Positions 51,211 to 64,000 of a stretch of DNA of 64,000 nt are shown here, one piece after another (positions within the stretch are counted from its first letter, which is position 1; each line of letters starts with the position of its first letter). Position numbers and translations under genes: made by a program. The notes under the pieces are model-generated. The model was given only the letters and a program-made list of their open reading frames with translations. It had not been told where the DNA came from and did no database searches. Source of the DNA: Antedon mediterranea (lineage: Eukaryota; Animalia; Echinodermata); contig NC_092670.1 in NCBI RefSeq assembly GCF_964355755.1, positions 31,422,388-31,486,387 on the forward strand, read 5' to 3'.

Positions 51211-52930
51211 AATAAGATAAGATAAGATAACTTTTATTGATCCTCAAAAAGGAAATTCATTGCTCGTCATAATAACAAAGAAAACACAATAAAAACAAAT
51301 ATAGCATAAAACCATTCATATAAAAACATCTAAAAAATTACAATATAAAATTATCTTCTTGACTTCCTGTTGTACTGGATGATACCGGAGGGAATAAAGG
51401 ATTTAGCAAATCGATTTGTTTTCACACTGAGGAGCCTCAATCTACCACTTGGATTAAGTTGGTCTATGATCACTTTGTGGAGAGGATGAGAGGCATCCGA
51501 CTCAATGTGTTCGAAATCTTTCTGGAGGTGTTCTAGGTGCACATCGGTAAAGGAAGGCAGTTCCAGACCAATCATTTTACCAGCCCGACGGATGAAAGTT
51601 TCAAGGCGTCCTTTCCCTCCGGTAACATTACCAGCCCAACAGGAGAGGCAATACGTCCAAACACTACATATAACGGATCTATATAGAACGAAAGTAACAT
51701 CAAATCACAGGAGTTAAATTTATATAAAGTTCTCATACAATACATTCTGGGACTTAATTTTTTGCTGAAGTCTATATGGTCTCCCCAACTCAGTTTATCA
51801 TTGAAAACAATTCCTAGATACTTGTACTGGTCAACAATTTCTTTACCTTTGATAGTGATTGGTTGAAAATTAAATTTATGTTTAGTCCTAAAATCAATGA
51901 TCATCTCCTTTGTTTTTGATGCATTTATTTGGAGATAATTATCGTCACAAAATTTAACAAATCTTTGTATTTCGCTACGATAATTTTCATCATTGTTTGA
52001 AACTATGAGACCAATAGTACTAGTGTCATCAGCGAATTTAACAACGGGGCAAAGCTCATCATTTAAAGATCTGTAATCCGCCGTATACAAGGAATATAAT
52101 TTAGGTGCGTTGACAGTACCCTGAGGAACACCGGTGTCAGAGGTTACGATTTCTGACTTAACACCATTAATATTAACAAATTGTTTTCTATCACAAATGA
52201 AATTTAAAACTAAACGAACAATCGGACGGGGAAACTCCATATTCAACATTTTGTCTGCCAAGATATGGGGTTGTATGGTATTAAACGCAGATTGAAAATC
52301 AAAATACATAATACGTGCCGAGTGGCCTTTCTTTACATTATCTAGATGTGAATACAATTTATGTAATTTAAAATAAATCGCATCACTGGTACTACGAAGT
52401 GATTGGTAAGCAAATTGCAACGAGTCTAACACTTTTTCAGAATAAGGTTGCATAATTTTTTTAATAATACGTTCCAATATTTTCATCGCGACAGACGTGA
52501 GTGCAACGGGTCTCAAATCATTCATGCTGTTAATCTTAGGTTTCTTAGGTACCGGTATTATGCATGAAAGTTTCCAAATATCCGGGAACGCATGATAAGA
52601 AAGACACATATTGAAAATAAATGTAAATATACCATCAAGGTGAGGAGAGCAGACCTTAAGTACTCGTGGTGGGATTCTATCCGGCCCAGCAGCCTTCGAA
52701 GAATTGAGTTTCATGAATTCGTTATGTACATCAGAAATGCTTATACTAAATTTGGGGTCATCTTCAGTCACCCGACACAAGCTAAATAGAGCCTCTCTTT
52801 CTTTTTTAAAATCATGAACATTAAAACGGTTATAAAATTCATTTAACTCATTAACATATTGCACAGTAACATTCGGAATCGAGGTGGGTGTATTACCACC
52901 GTTTGTGTAACCACTCATAAGTTTCATAAT
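51211..52930 (-). mobile_element. 5'-truncated non-LTR retrotransposon (CR1 group, Rex1/Babar-like), RT remnant with frameshift
   Basis: ORF 52927-51572 has KAAGPD, IIPVPKKP, RPVALTS, QFAY, DFQSAFNTI, GVPQG and FADD. The C-terminus continues in another frame (51575-51351). The 3' end reads ...gatcaataaaag followed by a (TTATC)n tail. Confidence 0.92.
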
Positions 52931-55339
52931 AATTGTATTACAGAACTACTTATCAAATATAGCAAAGTCAAATAGGTCAAAAGTTTGTATAATTCAAATT
53001 GGGCTTCTACTACTTATGTATAACACAAGTTAATAAATAAAAAAAAATGTTGAATTAATTGATGAAACATATTTTGTTGAATAGGCCATTTTAATGTCCT
53101 ATAATAAAGACCAAAATTTAGATTTTTTTTTAGTGACTAATAATTTAAAGAATCAAATTGTCAACCAGAATCCAGTTGTCTGGTAGTCAGTAGTTTTCTG
53201 GTTTAATTTAACAGTTTATTTGTCTATTATTTTATATGCAAAAAATGAGTGAATAACTATATTAAAACTACAAACGGCCTATTCATGTTTATTTTATTTA
53301 TTCATGTTTTAATGGACAATATATTTTAAAGTCATGACATTATTTATACCAGCATTGATGCTGCTTCCTATTTAAATTTCCTATTTACCATTCTAATATG
53401 AAATCTATTGAAGGCTTCCAAAATTATTAATAGTTCTGTTATGGTTGTCTTTCAAACTTTGAGTAGTTCATTCAGTGTTAAAAAGATTCTATATTTTTTG
53501 TCCTCAATTATGTTTATTACTATGCTTACAATATGCTACAGGCCAGAGCTGTTTATAGACAAATCTGGACAACTCTTTTTACATGGTGATGTATGCTTGT
53601 TTTTTAGCAGTGAATTTTGTTACCAATATGATGGTAAAAAGAATATACACTGAAACATAGCAGAGAATGCAACATTTAAGCAACAAATAAAAACATTCAT
53701 TCATTACAAACTGAATAATTAAGTTGTCTTGGAAAATTATTGTTAATGTTATAAAACATCCATAAAACAGTGCAAAAAATTGACCTAAATTTGTCTATAT
53801 GGCTCTGCTACAAACTAATCTATGTGTTGGTGGTACCGGAGGAATGAGCATATGACGATAACTTATAGTACATGTTGTATCAAACATACTTTTATCCATG
53901 TTACAATCACAGTTTTAAATTCAGTTTGAGAGAGGCATGATCACTTTGTAGAAAAATGGTTACAATTGGCCTATATAAATTCACAGTATGATTGTTGTTG
54001 TTACTAGTTGTGTTGCTGCTATTTTAAGTGTTGTGAGATGGCTCCCTTCAGTCTATGAAACACATGTTGTACACCTTTTTTTATGTTGATAGATTACTTT
54101 GTTTCTTGGTGAGATATTATTAACAATGGCACTGGACCTCACTTAAAATGCACCAAACAGACTGTCTTCCTCACATGCTCATGGTCTTTTCCCAGAACAT
54201 GCCTGTTATTGTAGCTTTAATAGGAGCCACTGCTATATTTGATAATATACTTTTAAGCACATCATCACCAAAGATTGCTTTTAAACTTGTTATACTCGTT
54301 TTCTTCTCTGAAAGATGTCCACAAACTATCTTCACATACTCATGGTCTTTTCCCAGAAACAGGCCTTCTAATGTAGCTTTAATGAGCCAATGCTATATTT
54401 AATAATATACTTAAGCGCATCATCACGCAAACTTGATCAATACTTTTGTTCGATTCATAGGATGACCATACCTAGGTATGGTACTCAGTTACAAGATTAT
54501 AATGTTTAAATGAACTATTAATTACAAGATTATAATGTTTAAATGAACTATTAATGCTAAAATCAATAGAGGTTTTGTCATATACTATCTTCAAATAGTA
54601 AATATATTTTTTTTTACATGTAAGTTGTTAATTAAGTCTATGCTTCCTTAGTCACAATGTAGTGCATTCATGATCCATTGTTTTTCTATATAGCATTAGT
54701 TTTCTATATGCAGAATTATAAAATTGTATGTAAGTGTGTTTTATTCTAAAGCTATGTTATTTATATGAAATGTATGTTTGATTATTAAGTAAATTATTAT
54801 TTACATACTTTATAGTGTGAAGAATATGATTAAATAAAACAATCTAATAATTATAGAATATCGTTTGTGTTTCATATGTGATTGCAGTTACCAGCCAAAG
54901 AAGTATTCAAAAAAGTACATATTTGTTGGATGGGCACAGCATATTTTTGTTTATATTCGTCTACATATATTTACCAATGTTTAAGACGAATTTGTATTGT
55001 TATTTTATTAGAATGGACAAATAAGGCATTTTATTATTCAGTAATGGCTCTGGCTTACTGGATGGGCAACGTTAAGACTGTTTTGCAATAGGCATGCGTA
55101 TTGATGCACATGCACAGCGTATTGATATTTTTATCTCCTGCGACGTGAAAATTGCTCAACCAACTTGATTCATATAATGGAATACAGGATGTGCAGAATA
55201 ATTACGTGATATTATGCTAAAACTAGGGAACTGATTACAACTCTTTTGGCTTTACTATATACTTATAATATTGGGTAATATATCTTTTTGTGTCATTTTA
55301 ATTGTGAAACTGTGAAATCCAATGCAATATTAAAATGCA

Positions 55340-55442
55340 CTATGGGCGCGTCATAATAGTATATTTGCAACGCGTTGCCGTTGGTGGCGCGTCAGCGGGA
55401 AGATTGAAAAACAAAAGAAAAGCTGTTGTGTTATTTTGTTGT
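55340..55442 (+). promoter_or_regulatory. Candidate promoter / non-coding first exon of the CCDC177-like gene
   Basis: Locally CpG-rich patch (GGCGCGTCA twice, GCAACGCGTTGC palindrome) ending at donor |gtaagt (55443); matches the 5'UTR acceptor at 56030. Confidence 0.4.
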
Positions 55443-56046
55443 GTAAGTTGATTTAAATAAACAAACATTTATATAGTAGGCTATAGGCCATATATTATTA
55501 TATGCTTTATGGTTATATCGATATAAATCAAATACCACATAAATATGCTAGAAATACCCTAAAATAGCCGCACGTATGGCTAGGCCTAAAACAAGTAGGT
55601 TAGGCCTAGGCTAGGCCTAGCCTCTAGACTACCTAGAAGAAAGTGCTGTTCGGGCTTTTGTAGCCAGCTGGCCCTATTATGGCTATCCTACTCTGGGCCT
55701 AAGGAACATGATGGTATCAGTCAAGGTCGGAAATTATGCTGTGGTCGCGCTAGCTAAAGAGGTAACCTAACTAAGCTTCCACCTAACTAGGGCTTTAGCT
55801 AGTCACCGGCCATACCGTTTATATTATTTATAGTATATTAAATAATACAGTAATAATAGTATTAGTAAATGATGTAGCTCAAAATGTATTAAGACTAGGC
55901 CTAGGCTAAATAAAATTAAGACACTCATGACATTTTTAATAGAGGCTTGCTATGCAGCCTTGTATATATCTTTAGGACCCATATCTTTATACCTAGCCTA
56001 CTCAAACCAAACATTGTAATTTGTTTACAGTAAAGGACCCATTTAA

Positions 56047-62562
<6,516 letters not shown>

Positions 62563-62647
62563 GTAAAGATTCTGACAATCTCTCTCCTACTACCTTTACC
62601 TACTTGGATAAATCCTGGTTTCTATAAAAGCATTGCCCTAGAACGCC

Positions 62648-64000
62648 CCTATTAAGGGGATACTTTCTTGTGAAACCATCCACAAGTAATATTTGAACAT
62701 TATAGCCAACTCTATCAACATCCTTATTAAGGGGGAGACTTTCTTGTGAAACCATCCACAAGTAATATTTGAACATTATAGCCAACTCTATCAACATCCT
62801 TATTAAATAGACACTTTCTTGTGAAACCATCCACAAGTAATATTTGAACATTATAGCCAACTCTATCAACATCCTTATTAAGGGGAGACTTTCTTGTGAA
62901 ACCATCCACAAGTAATATTTGAACATTATAGCCGACTCTATCAACATCCTTATTAAGGGGACACTTTCTTGTGAAACCATCCACAAGTAATATTTGAACA
63001 TTATAGCCAACTCTATCAACATCCTTATTAAGGGGATACTTTCTTGTGAAACCATCCACAAGTAATATTTGAACATTATAGCCGACTCTATCAACATCCT
63101 TATTAAGGGGATACTTTCTTGTGAAACCATCCACAAGTAATATTTGAACATTATAGCCAACTCTATCAACATCCTTATTAAGGGGATACTTTCTTGTGAA
63201 ACCATCCACAAGTAATATTTGAACATTATAGCCAACTCTATCAACATCCTTATTAAGGGGATACTTTCTTGTGAAACCATCCACAAGTAATATTTGAACA
63301 TTATAGCCGACTCTATCAACATCCTTATTAAGGGGATACTTTCTTGTGAAACCATCCACAAGTAATATTTGAACATTATAGCCGACTCTATCAACATCCT
63401 TGTTAAGGGGATACTTTCTTGTGAAACCATCCACAAGTAATATTTGAACATTATAGCCCACTCTATCAACATCCTTATTAAGGGGATACTTTCTTGTGAA
63501 ACCATCCACAAGTAATATTTGAACATTATAGCCAACTCTATCAACATCCTTATTAAGGGGATACTTTCTTGTGAAACCATCCACAAGTAATATTTGAACA
63601 TTATAGCCGACTCTATCAACATCCTTATTAAGGGGATACTTTATTGTGAAACCATCCACAAGTAATATTTGAACATTATAGCCAACTCTATCAACATCCT
63701 TATTAAGGGGATACTTTATTGTGAAACCATCCACAAGTAATATTTGAACATTATAGCCAACTCTATCAACATCCTTATTAAGGGGGCACTTTCTTGTGAA
63801 ACCATCCACAAGTAATATTTGAACATTATAGCCAACTCTATCAACATCCTTATTAAGGGGAGACTTTCTTGTGAAACCATCCACAAGTAATATTTGAACA
63901 TTATAGCCAACTCTATCAACATCCTTATTAAGGGGAGACTTTCTTGTGAAACCATCCACAAGTAATATTTGAACATTATAGCCAACTCTATCAACATCCT
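62648..64000. repeat. 75-bp minisatellite, >=18 near-identical units, intronic, runs off the window
   Basis: Unit CTTATTAAGGGGATACTTTCTTGTGAAACCATCCACAAGTAATATTTGAACATTATAGCCAACTCTATCAACATC. Confidence 0.98.

Noticed and set aside
1692-55091. Remaining 60-130 aa ORFs in the track that do not overlap the called exons
   Set aside because: Compositionally typical of random AT-rich intronic DNA, antisense shadows of exons, or repeats
62600-63997. Long minus-strand ORFs (340 aa, 410 aa, 93 aa)
   Set aside because: They are a by-product of a 75-bp (3n) tandem repeat that is stop-free in two frames, with frameshifts and no domain
62648-64000. CRISPR-like regular array
   Set aside because: No unique spacers, no cas genes, and the context is a eukaryotic intron

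Overview
AT-rich animal genomic DNA, probably from an invertebrate. It is eukaryotic, with spliceosomal introns and no prokaryotic features. Two spliced protein-coding genes lie on the + strand. (1) A 5'-partial integrin alpha subunit of the laminin-binding PS1/ITGA3-6-7 type: I chained 22 GT-AG exons in phase from 11794 to 48149 (about 959 aa). They cover FG-GAP propeller blades with three Ca-binding loops, thigh/calf domains, an RRSKR furin site, the TM helix and a GFFxR tail. (2) A 3'-partial CCDC177/CCDC185-like coiled-coil gene with 10 coding exons from 56068 to 62562, probably including one GC-AG intron. The most notable observation is that the integrin has two separate in-phase GFFxR tail exons (KLGFFRR at 46255 and KCGFFER at 48030). 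This resembles the vertebrate alpha3/6/7 A/B switch, but here it could also give a tail with two tandem GFFxR motifs. Non-coding DNA holds a 5'-truncated Rex-Babar-type LINE, Deu/Nin-domain-like tRNA SINEs, several minisatellites and non-autonomous elements (piggyBac-, Tc2/pogo-, Harbinger-, Kolobok-, Ginger- and Helentron-like). There is also a possible antisense spliced transcript in the integrin's upstream intron. All family assignments come from motif recognition by eye, not from database searches.
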